Assembly: GCA_001949185.1 (NCBI GenBank)
Contig: BDGG01000003.1
Coordinates: forward strand, 1,586,725-1,650,724
From: Ramazzottius varieornatus
Taxonomy: Eukaryota; Animalia; Tardigrada
Length of the DNA: 64,000 nucleotides
Direction: 5' to 3'
Shown: positions 11,638-22,488 of the stretch, piece after piece
How positions within the stretch are numbered: position 1 is the stretch's first letter
How the letters are laid out: the number at the start of each line of letters is the position of its first letter
Notes under the pieces: generated by a model
Database searches by the model: none
What the model was told of the DNA's origin: nothing
Seen by the model: the letters and a program-made list of their open reading frames with translations, nothing else
Position numbers and translations under genes: made by a program

Positions 11638-13211
11638 ATGCAGAATCTACTGACCAACCTGTCGGACAAGTTGGCCGGCAAGGAGCCGGTCAGCACGGGA
11701 CGGACAAAGCCGCTGACCAGCGAGACGGAGAAGATGATGGCCATCGTGTTCAACGGAAGTGCTGGGAACATCAAGTACCAAGCAACACCCAAAGTGATGA
11801 TCAGTGAGCCACACGACGCGCTCATCCGCATGACGGCCACGTCCGTCTGTGGCCTCGATACCTCGGCCTTCGCTGGTTACCATCCGGGCTTCAAGACTGG
11901 AGACATCCTTGGACATGAACTGGTGGGCGTGGTGGAGCAGACTGGGCCAAATGTGCGCATCCCAGTTGGCACAAGGGTGGCGGTGGCGGCCATCTATGCC
12001 TGCGGCCAGTGTCGAATGTGTCAGGCCGACAAGTACCAAGCTTGTGAGACCACCAACTCCAGCGCGCTGCTGAAGGAAATATATGGACAGAAGGGCGCGG
12101 CGCTGTAAGTGATGTGCAGGCGCTTTACCCACGCGTAGTATAGACCGGTTGATGATACAGAAACTCTGTAAAGAAATATTGTGAGTGCATCTTCAACGGT
12201 ATCCTAGCATAGTTACCTATACGCTCCTTGCGCGAAGGGATGTCAAAACTGTAATACCAAGTTGATGAGCAGAATACCTTGTATCAGTTTGTACGTAATG
12301 CTCGTAGCCTCGTTTTCGATTTGAATGATGATACTGTACATGTACCTGGCAAGAGAGGGCTTTCCGGCTTTAGCTGATTTCATGCTTGTTGCAGGCCAGG
12401 CTATGGACATCTGACGGGAGAGTATCCAGGAACCCTGGCCGAGTTTGTTCGAGTACCATTCGCCGATGTCAACTGCCTCCCGCTACCCGACTCTGTCTCC
12501 GACGAGAAGGCCATATATCTCAGCGACAACGTCCCCATCGCTTACCATGCTTGCCGCCGGGTCAAACAGGGTGACGTGGTAGGTATCTGGGGTCTCGGTC
12601 CCGTCGGGTTTCTTACTGCTCGTTGGTGTCGGATCCTTGGCGCCAGCCGCGTCATCGCCATCTCCGGAACAACTGACCGTCTGGATATCGCTCGCGATTC
12701 CTTGGGCATCGAAGTCATCGATTACCACCAGGAGAAGGATGTGGTGGCCAAGTTGGCTGAAATGGTGCCTGATGGCCTGGACGTGGCTATTGATTGTACC
12801 GGAGCGCGCTATGCCAAAAGCCTGAGTCATAAGGTCCAACAGGCTCTGTACATCGAATCGGATACCCCGGAAACGCTGACGGAATGCTCCAAGTCCCTGA
12901 AGTACTGCGGTAATGTGACCATTGTGGGAACGTATGGAGGCACGGCTAATGGGTTTCCCATTGGGCAATTCTATATCAAGCATCTGAGTATGGATGCAGG
13001 GTTCGCCCCGGTGCAGAAGTTGTGGCAGGACTGCTTGAAGGCTATGGTGGATGGTACACTGGATCCAAGTTTCTGCACGACGCATCACATGAGGCTGAGC
13101 CAGGCGTCCAGAGCTATGGAGATGATGGAGAAATCGGAAGATAACTTCATCAAGTGCATTCTTCGTCCCGACTATAGGGACGAATCAGAGCAACCATACA
13201 GCAAGATTTAG
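11638..13211 (+). CDS. Zn-dependent medium-chain dehydrogenase of the bacterial/fungal formaldehyde-dehydrogenase-like (YbdR/AdhB-like) subfamily, 2 exons
   Basis: Exons 11638-12104 and 12395-13211 join in frame across a GT-AG intron. ATSVCG, GDILGHE, structural Zn motif CGQCRMC-x7-C, GYGHLTGEYPGTLAEFVRVPFADVNC, Asp third ligand (YLSDN), GLGPVG. Confidence 0.93.
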
Positions 13212-13536
13212 AACAAAATTTAGTTACGCTCAACGGCTCAATGTTCTCGCGAAAAGAATGGACGTGTTTGGTACACCTCTCTGCTTCTCATCACATCATT
13301 ACTTGTAAATTTTATAACGTTATACTTTGTGCTGTGAACAGTGAATGCTGCCCTACCGAAAGGTTAAACAAACGGTACTTTTGTATTCACTCGTGTTGTG
13401 TTTCAATATCTCATAACTCGGCGTATATAACTTATTTTAGAGCATCACTTTGAAACCAGCTGGCGTGCGGTTGGACGACTATCCGAGCTTGCGCGGAAGG
13501 CATGTCCTTCAGTTCGCTTGGGAGAAAGTCCCAAAA

Positions 13537-16500
13537 TGTTGTTGTTTATGGGTTTGAGTCTAAGTCTATCCAGACAAAAATCTCCGCTAGCGACTGCGAC
13601 TATGCTACTTGGTAAACTCTCGGCAGACTACCGGCACAAGACCAAAATATTTAGAGAACCAGAAGAATGCTACCCGAATGACTGCTAAAGGGAAATAGAC
13701 ACTATCAATGGTTTAAAGGAAGGCAAGTCGCATACGGGCCTAAAAATTCTAGTACTTAAGGGACAGAACGCCAGTTTACACAATCAAGAGCTAGAGAAAA
13801 CTTAGTCGGCGACGTATGGGCTTCGGCGTTCAGAACTACGTCGTTCCATATCCGGCTGACGAGGTACGCGAAGGAGCTGTCCGAGGCTCCTATGTTCCGT
13901 CCATCCAACGACGTGTTCAGCTGAAGAGGGAACGGGTGAGCACGAATCATCCCGGTCCACCGGGTGTTTCCTGCAACAGAGCTAGGGGCAGCAACTGATA
14001 CAAACGGTTCAAAGAATAAATCACCTACAGGGACATTGCGAGAGACCATCTTGTAAGCCAAGACAAGGGAGTCTTTGATCCTTTTCAGTATCAGAGGCTC
14101 CATGCTCAGCTGATGCAGACGACTGCAGTAGCGTTCGATGGACGAGTCTTCCATGGCAGGACCCAAGTTGATCGTTCGGAGAAACTTCCTTTGGCAGTCT
14201 TCAAGGTCGTCGATGAGGCCTTTCTGCCGGGCACCGCACACCCCACTGCAGTAAGTGAGAAGAGGAAGGACTAAGGACTGGAAAAGCGTGATGCGGGCTC
14301 GTTGGCACTTTCGGTTGAACAGCGATCAGATGTACCGTACTCTCTTCTTGACTTTCACGGCGACAGAGGACACATGGTCCTTCCAGCTCGGCCGGTGGTC
14401 CATCTGCACTCCGAGGTACTTCACGGTGTTACTGCGAGGAAGGGCATCCGAGCCAAGGTGGTATGCTGGTGGTTCAGGCACAATGCGCTTCTCACTGAAA
14501 CGAACAAACACAGATTTAAGTGCATTAAAAGTAAGCTTCGTGTTTTTCGACCAATCGAAAATGCTTGAATTCTGTCTCGTCGTTCAGTGCTTGTATAACC
14601 CGATACAGCACAATGTCGTCAGCAAACAGCTTCAGCAAAACTCGAGGAACGCGACACATGGAGGCGAAGTTGACGAGGCAGAGGAAGAGAATGGGACCCA
14701 GAATGGAGCCGTGAGGTACTCCGCTGGTCACTGTGAGAGCTTCGGAGTTCGATCCTTCCACCACTGTCACTGGCCGACGTCCACGCAGGTAGTCTGAAAA
14801 ACGATTCAGAAAAACAGATGAGACACCAAGGTGCGCGAGAGAAGTAATAATGAATGAGAAGTAATTGTTGTACGACGAGTGTGCTGACGAGCTCGGCGGA
14901 TCGTTTCTGACGGAAACCGAACTGATCGTCACTGAGAAGATGGTTGCTTTCGAGGTAGGAACGGAGTCGATCCGCCATGATGGCTTCGAAAACCTTTGAG
15001 AACGGGTGGAAGAGCGAGATGGGTCGCCAGTTAGTACATCGCGTGGTGTCGATACTTCCTTTCGGAATGGCGGTCACATAGGAGACTTTCCAGCTGCGGG
15101 GAAATATACTACGAAGGAAACATGAATTAAACAATCGAACTAGCGGGTTTACGAGCGATGAGCCACATCGCAAGAGCAGTTCGGTTGACAGAAGGGAAGG
15201 CCCATTAGCCTTTCCCGGTACCAGCACTTTTTCAAGTGCACGGGAAATTTCGGACTGAGAAATGGGCTCTGGGATAGAGTTTTGGGGAAAGTTATTTGGG
15301 GAGAGCAGTGAGAAGGACATTTCTGCTGATACGACACGAACCACGTGTTCAGCAGGTTTGCCTTGTCACTGTAATCGAATACGAGCTCGCTTTCGTGTCA
15401 TCCCATAAGGGAGGAACACTCTGAACATCGACGGTCTTTTTGCCCAGTCTCCAAAACTTTTTGGGTTTCGGGTGGAAGTTGCAGCCTGCATTACGAGGTG
15501 TTGTTGGTACCGCTTGGCTTTCATATCCGCATTCCGGCTGAACAACTTCCACCTAGCTTTCAGTTTGTTTTGCTCTGTGTAATCGAGACAAGCCTCCAAC
15601 TTTCTGAACGCAACGTCACGTCGAGAAAGTGCGCGTGTTACGAAGGGGGGATACTCAACCTGACCGAAACGCTGCCTGACAGAAACCACTCTGTGGAACT
15701 TCCGGGCCGCCGGCAACATCGCGTCTTCGAAGGCTTCCGCTTGCTCACTTGGGACTTTCGCTGCAAAAAGAAAATTCCAGTCAGTGTTACTGAGTTCTGC
15801 GCGAAGAGCTTCGTTGTTGGTATCATCGAATTTCCGACGTAGTCGTCTGACTAGCCGAGGATTGTTCTTCCTGATTATGGTGGCACGCAACTGCACACCA
15901 TGATGGTCACAGGTATCGGTAGGTCCACAAATGGATTCCATTGAAGAGTACGGCACTGAAACAGAGAGGAAGACAAGATCAATTGCATTTTCGTTTCGCG
16001 TAGGAACGTCGACAATTTGCTTGAGAGAAAATTCGCGGCATGCGTCAATCAACGCGCGACCATGGGAGCTTTGGGCGGTGAGGTTCGGCCAGTGGATATC
16101 TGGCACGTTGAAGTCGCCCATGATGACCAAGCGTTGGGTGACATGAACAAGTAACGACCGGATGTGCTCGAGAACCTCCAAGGTAGTTTCCCGAACGCTG
16201 TATGGGGACTGTAAAAAACGACAACAATAATATTAGCAGAAACGATATCAACAATCAGGAGTCCAAGGTCGGTTTTCTCGAGGTCAGCTCGACGGTAAGC
16301 TCATAGACCCCTCCTGACCACGAGCGCTACGCCACCGCCATGACGATTCCGAGCTTTTCGGAAAACGTTGAAGGAAGTGAGACTGGTGAACAGGTTAGAC
16401 CGCAAAGTCTTCACAGTCGCGAGTCTCGACAAGCCCCGTTATATCTGAAAAAGAACAAAAGACCTTCACGGAAGCGGACTTGTTAAAGATACTAACGAAA

Positions 16501-17600
16501 TTGCAAAATCTAGAAAGAACTGTATGTGATACATCACCCGATCTTGGAGTGGCAACCGCTGATGGTGGCGCGATTACCACTGAGACCGGTTTTTTTGCCC
16601 GGTGGTCTACTGCTGGTCAACATGAGACGGACGGGGCCATTTGTACTGCCAGTTCTCGATGGCGCAGTGACGTGGCCAGTTCTCTGCTTTCATCAGCTTT
16701 TCTTCTTCCCTTCTGTAGGAACCAATTCGCATGAACGTAGTTCCACGCTTGTGCCTTTCTCGGGTTCAAACACTGCCACAAAACGAACTTTGAAGCCTTC
16801 CTTCTCGAGATCCGCTTGGAGTTGCTCGTTGTACGCTTCGGTCGTAGCGTGCTCTGCTGGGTTTCGTCTGGGTATCCCGCGCACCTTGAAGTCCATGTTC
16901 AACTGGTGCTTGATGGACAAAGTCCATAGGAGCCCTTGGGGCGGATTCGGTTCATCGGTGACAGCAATGGAATGGCTATCACGAACTACCCTCTTCTTCG
17001 GTCCGACCTCCGTCCATCCTGCAGTTTGTGGTTGATCTCCGGCCGCGGTGTTACGCTCGACCGAGCTGTTGGGTTGTGAAGGCACAGGGTTAGCTTGAGA
17101 GGCAGCTGCTGATGCGTAAGATCCTGGTGTTCGCTGTAAATAAAGAGAAGAACTGATAACGATAGTTCACGTTAGATGGAATCACTGATTTGGGTCGATC
17201 GACTGACTCCATATCCTCGACTGTGGCGTTCTGCTTGTGAGCACGGAATTCATTCTCCAGATTGAGAACTTTCTTTGTCAAGACTTCATTGGATTCAAGG
17301 AGCTCATCGTTCTTCATTTGTAGATTATCCATATCCTTTCGCAAGGTGGTGATTCCAGAAAGAGCTCCGTTGAGGCGGTCGTATAGGCTGCTGACCGTAT
17401 TCTACAAGTCTTCACCCGTCGCCTTCTTGCGCTTTCCGCTGGCTGAAACATCCCTCATCCGTAGGACAAGATCTTTTCCATCAGCAGAAACTGCACTGGA
17501 TGTTTCAGCAAGTCCATCGGAATTCTCATCCATCTCAGACGACGTGCAGAGAGTGCAATCGCTAAAGCGAACTGATCAGGTAGCTACCAATCGACGGTGA
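13537..17600 (-). mobile_element. Near full-length, decayed non-LTR retrotransposon (CR1/L2 group LINE): ORF1 + APE endonuclease + RT
   Basis: ORF1 coiled coil from ~17533 and a LMKAENWP motif; APE motifs (RHGGGVAL, MGDFNVPDIHW, PTRNENAIDLVF, CDHH); RT motifs (NWRPISL, QFGFRQKRS, SGVPHGSILGPILF, LFADD, VKYLGV). Many frameshifts and stops. (AAC)n-like 3' tail at ~13537-13546. The 5' boundary is approximate. Confidence 0.92.
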
Positions 17601-17783
17601 AGCTCAGACTGGGTCGCAGCGCGCCTCGATCATCCCATCACAGCACAGTTATGTTGTCGGTCACTTCGTGGGGCAATTCAATGGAGCTTATCAATCTCAC
17701 GCCCTTTTGTACGTTTTCTTTGATCATCGCTCGACCAGACTGATGAGTCCACTTTACTGAAACCTTTAGCCTTACGTCTAACG

Positions 17784-19267
17784 ATGGCCAGAGAACCAAC
17801 CTCTCTTTATCCCACCAGGCTTCGTACGTTGTCTGCGAATACTCGGACTATTCATACACAGTTTTGGTTCCGCCGAGCCGAAGTGTCTCACCAGAAGGTT
17901 GCTAGTTCTATGGACCCATTTCCGCTTCGTTGTCGACCTGTTCTTGATGTATTTAGATTTCGAGCTCTTTCGAAAAACTTTCGCCGGTTTCATTGACCAG
18001 CTCGATTTTTTTATCTTGATCGCTTGGTTGTATCGCTTCCTCCTCTTCATGCAGATCCTCGTCAGTTCAGCTCTTTGTCCAAAAGTTAGTTCAAATCTGT
18101 ATGCTACTGTAACCAGACTTCAGCATCGACTGTTGGCTGATGCATTCCGATCTATCCAAGGAGCTCGAAGAGGGGGCGGCATCTAGATCTTTGTCGCAGA
18201 GCTTGTCAACGGTTCCGTCTGTGCGTACATGGTAGTAATCCAGCGCGACCTTGTCATATCATAATTCCCACAGACACCTGCCGCTTTGGTGTTGTGGATG
18301 CCGAGTGGCTTCTATCCGGGTTTCGAGGTACCAAGCTTCGTGATCACCTGCGTGATGCACCCCATATTCGTGAAGTGGAGTATACTTGCGATACTGCTTC
18401 AAATGTTTCTTTTTATGCTACTGACCTACGCGGTTACGCTGTGTTTACGGCAGTTGGCCGTGTCCACGAAAAGTCTTTTGCGATATATCCAGGCGCATCC
18501 TGATCAGACGCAGGAAGAGCAGTAGGATCGTGATATCGTTACGGTGCTGCGCGANNNNNNNNNNNNNNNNNNNNNNNNNNNNNNNNNNNNNNNNNNNNNN
18601 NNNNCTTCTATACTGCGCGACCTGAGTAGACTGTGCGCCCAATTACAGGAAATTGTGTAATCCATCAATCAAGTGTTTAGGTCTCTTTGGATGTCACGAC
18701 ATGTCATCCCATTCTGACATTGATCTTGAAACCATTTGTGCAAGGCGCGGACCCTCAGCTACTGCAGACGATAAGATTTATGGAAAAGGTCGCTTATCCA
18801 ATGCTCGTCACGTCGACGATCACCTTCCTGATTCATGCTGTAGTTCGAGTACTTCTGTGCCAGAGATTGACAAACAGATGTCACGATCTGGGTCAGGTTC
18901 TTTAGCGGGCTATACTGGTAGCGGACGAAACAAAATAAGCCCATTTTGAGTTGCAAGATATCTTGACCAAATTGAAAGTGATCCAGCGATGATCTCTCCA
19001 CATGGGTTCTTCACGGTCAACTACGAATACGGGGCATCGGTAAGATCGTCCGAATGTTTTAGAGACCGAGACGAAACCCTGGACACTTACGCCGATACGA
19101 TGTGTTTTGCTTTTTCCAGCTTCCTGGAATCATTCTCACGTACTACGTGATCGTGGATCAGATTAGGGGACAGAGATATGCGCAGTCTACTCAGCGCGGA
19201 TCGAGCGCAGGTTCTTTTCGACGATGTGTACAATAATGTTTCCCTCACTGCTGGTGTAGGCATCTAA
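17784..19267 (+). pseudogene. Gustatory-receptor (GR/7TMIC) family pseudogene 1
   Basis: Multiple hydrophobic segments; C-terminal PHGFFTVNYEYGAS | LPGIILTYYVIVDQ with a phase-0 intron before the TY-x5-Q motif typical of GRs. In-frame stops (18184, 18903), frameshifts and an N gap. The start is uncertain. Confidence 0.75.
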
Positions 19268-19679
19268 CTGACGAGGTGTTCCGTTCCTACCCTTCTCCCA
19301 GGCGCTTTAATCTTGAACCAGGGTAATGCTTCACCGTTTTATACATTTTTGGCTTACGTTTCATGCACGAAGGGAACGTTTGGAGCAGTAAAAAGTTTGG
19401 ATTAAACGGAAAAGACCGCAAACTCAAAATTCAACCATAGAAAATTGTCAAAAAGTGTATTTCTGTGAACTGCACACGTACGGGCAGAGTCCATATATGG
19501 GTATCTCCATACGGCCAAAGCATTTTCGCTTGCAACTGGCTTTTCATGACATCAAGTTCTTTGGAATATTGAACCGTATCCTAGGTTCAATTTGCTGCAC
19601 TTTGCCGCACAAATGAAACCAGAACGAACGGTTGAAAGATTGGAGCTAATAACTCAGACACCACAGGGGTGGTAAGTGT

Positions 19680-22036
19680 CAATCTTGGCGTCGACAACGC
19701 ACTCCAGCCGGAGACGCGCACCAGCGACCACGTCCGATGCATGTTGTCCGACTAAAGCTAGTGTTTGTTTAACTGATCGAACACAGCTGCGCCCATCCTA
19801 TTTGACCGTTGCGTGTGCCGATTTATGCACACAGTCTTCACGCTCTTTTGGGTTGCCGCTTGTAACTTTCTGACCTGTGGTAGGAACGTAATTCTGACTT
19901 CACATTCGCGTTTCTCGGAGTTTGTTTGATGTAGGCGTAAGTCTTGTTACAGTGAGACTTCAGGGTCCAGAAACTTTAAAACGTTCTCCTGAACAATTTG
20001 GTCAGACACACTTCAATACTGGGTTGGATTTCGACGGAAATCCTATTATTATTATCGGAGAACGGACCGCCTATTCTTCTCTCACAGGCTTCGCAGCCAC
20101 TGACCTCGAGACAGTCGTCGGACCGCCCCGAGCAAGAAAGGTGTTTTCTGGCGGCATTATATAAACATTTGTCTTGGCTAGTTTCCCTAACTTCGTTTCC
20201 TCATTCGCGTTGTTTCCTTTGCTGCGTAGTTTGAAACAAGAGGAAAAACCACCACCGTCGATCCAAAGCTGGGGGTAAGTCGCAAACCGAATCTAGTACC
20301 AGCAGTGACAGCGAATCTGACAAAGAACTACCCACGCGAGCTAGGGACCTGCCAGAGCCGCATACTCTGGTAACTTGGCGCAGTTCAGGATCAGGGGACA
20401 AAAGCAAGCTCGCAGCTCTTGACCTTAACGCTAATGAGGTGTTTGCGGTATACTCGATGATCGCACTCCGTTTGTCCGCCAACATCTCCGGCAAGCACGG
20501 TGGCTGCCTGAGAGAACTGTTAGAATATCTCGAGTACATCGCAATGTCTCGTGTCAGCTACACCGATAAATCTGTCCTTATGTTCGACCACGATTTCCGT
20601 GCTTCCGTCAGTGCGGAACGTTTGTCTTTGACAGGTGAGGCGCGTCGTCGCACGACTGCCGATCTTCATTTTGGACCGGATAATCGTCGCAACGATTACC
20701 AACGCGATCGTGTTTTTCGCAAGGCTTCTTATGCATCCGATCCAGGACCCAGCTTCGCCTACAAGGATGCCTGCCGCCGTTGGAATGAGTATCGCTGCAA
20801 CCAGCCAGAATCCAATTGTCGCTGCATCCACCATTGCGGCCACTGTGGCTCCAAGTCCCACGCAGCACGTGAATGCAAGTCCAGCAAGTCTTCCACTTCC
20901 TGCTAGCCACGTAACGCCTGCGCTGGCTACCCACAGGCTAGCCATTACCGACTCCACGCCATTGACAATCCTCAGCTTGATTTTATTGTGAGCGGATTGA
21001 TCTTGTGCCTTGTCTCTCTTCCATAGCCCCTGCTGATTGCCCTGACTGCGCCAGCGCCCTGGCCCCAGATGCCAAGTTGCACTTGGATGCTCTCTTCACG
21101 GAGGAGATCGCACTTGGTCGGCTTTCCATTCAGTCCTTTGTCCCTACACGCATCCATGCCATTGGCGCAGTACCGGAGGCCGGCACTTCTGAGTACCGTC
21201 CCATTACCGACTTTAGTCGTCCATTTTATGATTCCATTAATCCTCATGCTGTTGTGGACAAGTTTTCTTTTCAATCTATTCATCACGCAATTAGCATCAG
21301 CTCGCCTGACTGTTATTACGCTGTTGTGGATATGGAAGCAGCTTACCGCCATGTTCCCATTAAGCCGTTGCATCGGCAACTTCAAGGCTTCCGCTGGAAG
21401 TTTGATGGCGACCACGAACCGCGTTTTATGGTCGATAATTTTCTGTGTTTTGGCTTCGCAAAAGCACCCTTTCATTTTCCAATGCCCTTCATCCGCTATT
21501 AATAGTATGATGTCCTATCTGGGGTTCCGTTCCGTTTGCTACCTCGATGACTTCCTCTCCATTGAAAGCTCTGAATCCGAATGTGCCGCAGCACGAACTA
21601 CTTTGATTTCGCTTTTGATCAGGTGAGGTTTGATCAGGTAGTTACCCGCCCGTCGCAACGGGTTTGTTTCTTAGGGCTGGTTATCGATTCCGTGGCTCGC
21701 CCATTTACACGCCTGATAACAGACGAGGCGAACAAGTTACAGCGTCAGTCTCACCTTATTAGAGTCACGAAGAAACTAAAGGCTGAATTCTTTTGGTGGG
21801 CCGAGCTCGCAGGCTCTCTGAACGGACTGATACCTTACCAGCTGGGCATGCAATGGCCGTTGATCTGCACCTACACTGATACGTCTTCTTAGGGGTTCGG
21901 CGCTTCCGGCCCGCAGTACTTTCTCGCTGGCTCGTGATCCGCTGATTACCAGTACAGCCCAGAGGTCAAATCGCATTTTGACCGACATCTCGTACCCTCA
22001 CTAGTACTAGAGGAAGGCATCTCAGGGAACATCAAC
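19680..22036 (+). mobile_element. Decayed, 3'-truncated DIRS/Ngaro-type (tyrosine-recombinase class) retrotransposon: gag, RT, start of RNase H
   Basis: gag-like frame ~20235-20906 ending CRRWN..C..C..H.C..C....H....C; RT YRPITDFS, VVDMEAAYRHVPI, LCFGFAKAPFHF, CYLDDFL, FLGLVIDS; RNase H YTDTSS*GFGA. No recombinase ORF remains. The left boundary is approximate. Confidence 0.82.
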
Positions 22037-22038
22037 TA

Positions 22039-22486
22039 CAGTGAGTCCCATAATTATCTGTCCACTCCCATTTTTGTTCCAAAGTTCATAACTTATTTTG
22101 CACTAACCCGATTTTGATATTTTGAAAGTCTTTATAGAGATCAGTGTTTGATCTTTACGACCACGTGACATCCGTATGAATCAATCAGCAAATCAACTGG
22201 CAGTCTCACATGGGCTTACTTGAAAGCTTAATGTTGGGGCTTCATAAAAGTAACAAGCATGATGTGCTATCTGCTGGCTAGCACCCGCAACTCAGTGCCG
22301 AAACCAAGGCAGTATTAGGTGTTCGTAGGAATGAAACTGCCAGTTGATTTGCTGATTGATTCATACGGATGTCACGTGGTCGTCAAGACCAAACACTGAT
22401 CTCTATAAAGACGTTCAAAATATCAAAATCGGGTTAGTGCAAAATAAGTTATGAACTTTGGAACAAAAATGGGAGTGGACAGATAA
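22039..22486. mobile_element. Tc1/mariner-type MITE with ~155-bp inverted arms, right terminus deleted
   Basis: TA|CAGTGAGTCCCATAATTATCTGTCCACTCCC at left. 22054-22208 pairs with ~22332-22486. The outer ~15 bp of the right TIR and the TA are missing. Confidence 0.88.
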
Positions 22487-22488
22487 AT

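Noticed and set aside
12483-13088. Long antisense ORFs over the MDR gene (likewise over GPCR, APP and neprilysin)
   Set aside because: Shadow ORFs of GC-rich coding sequence.
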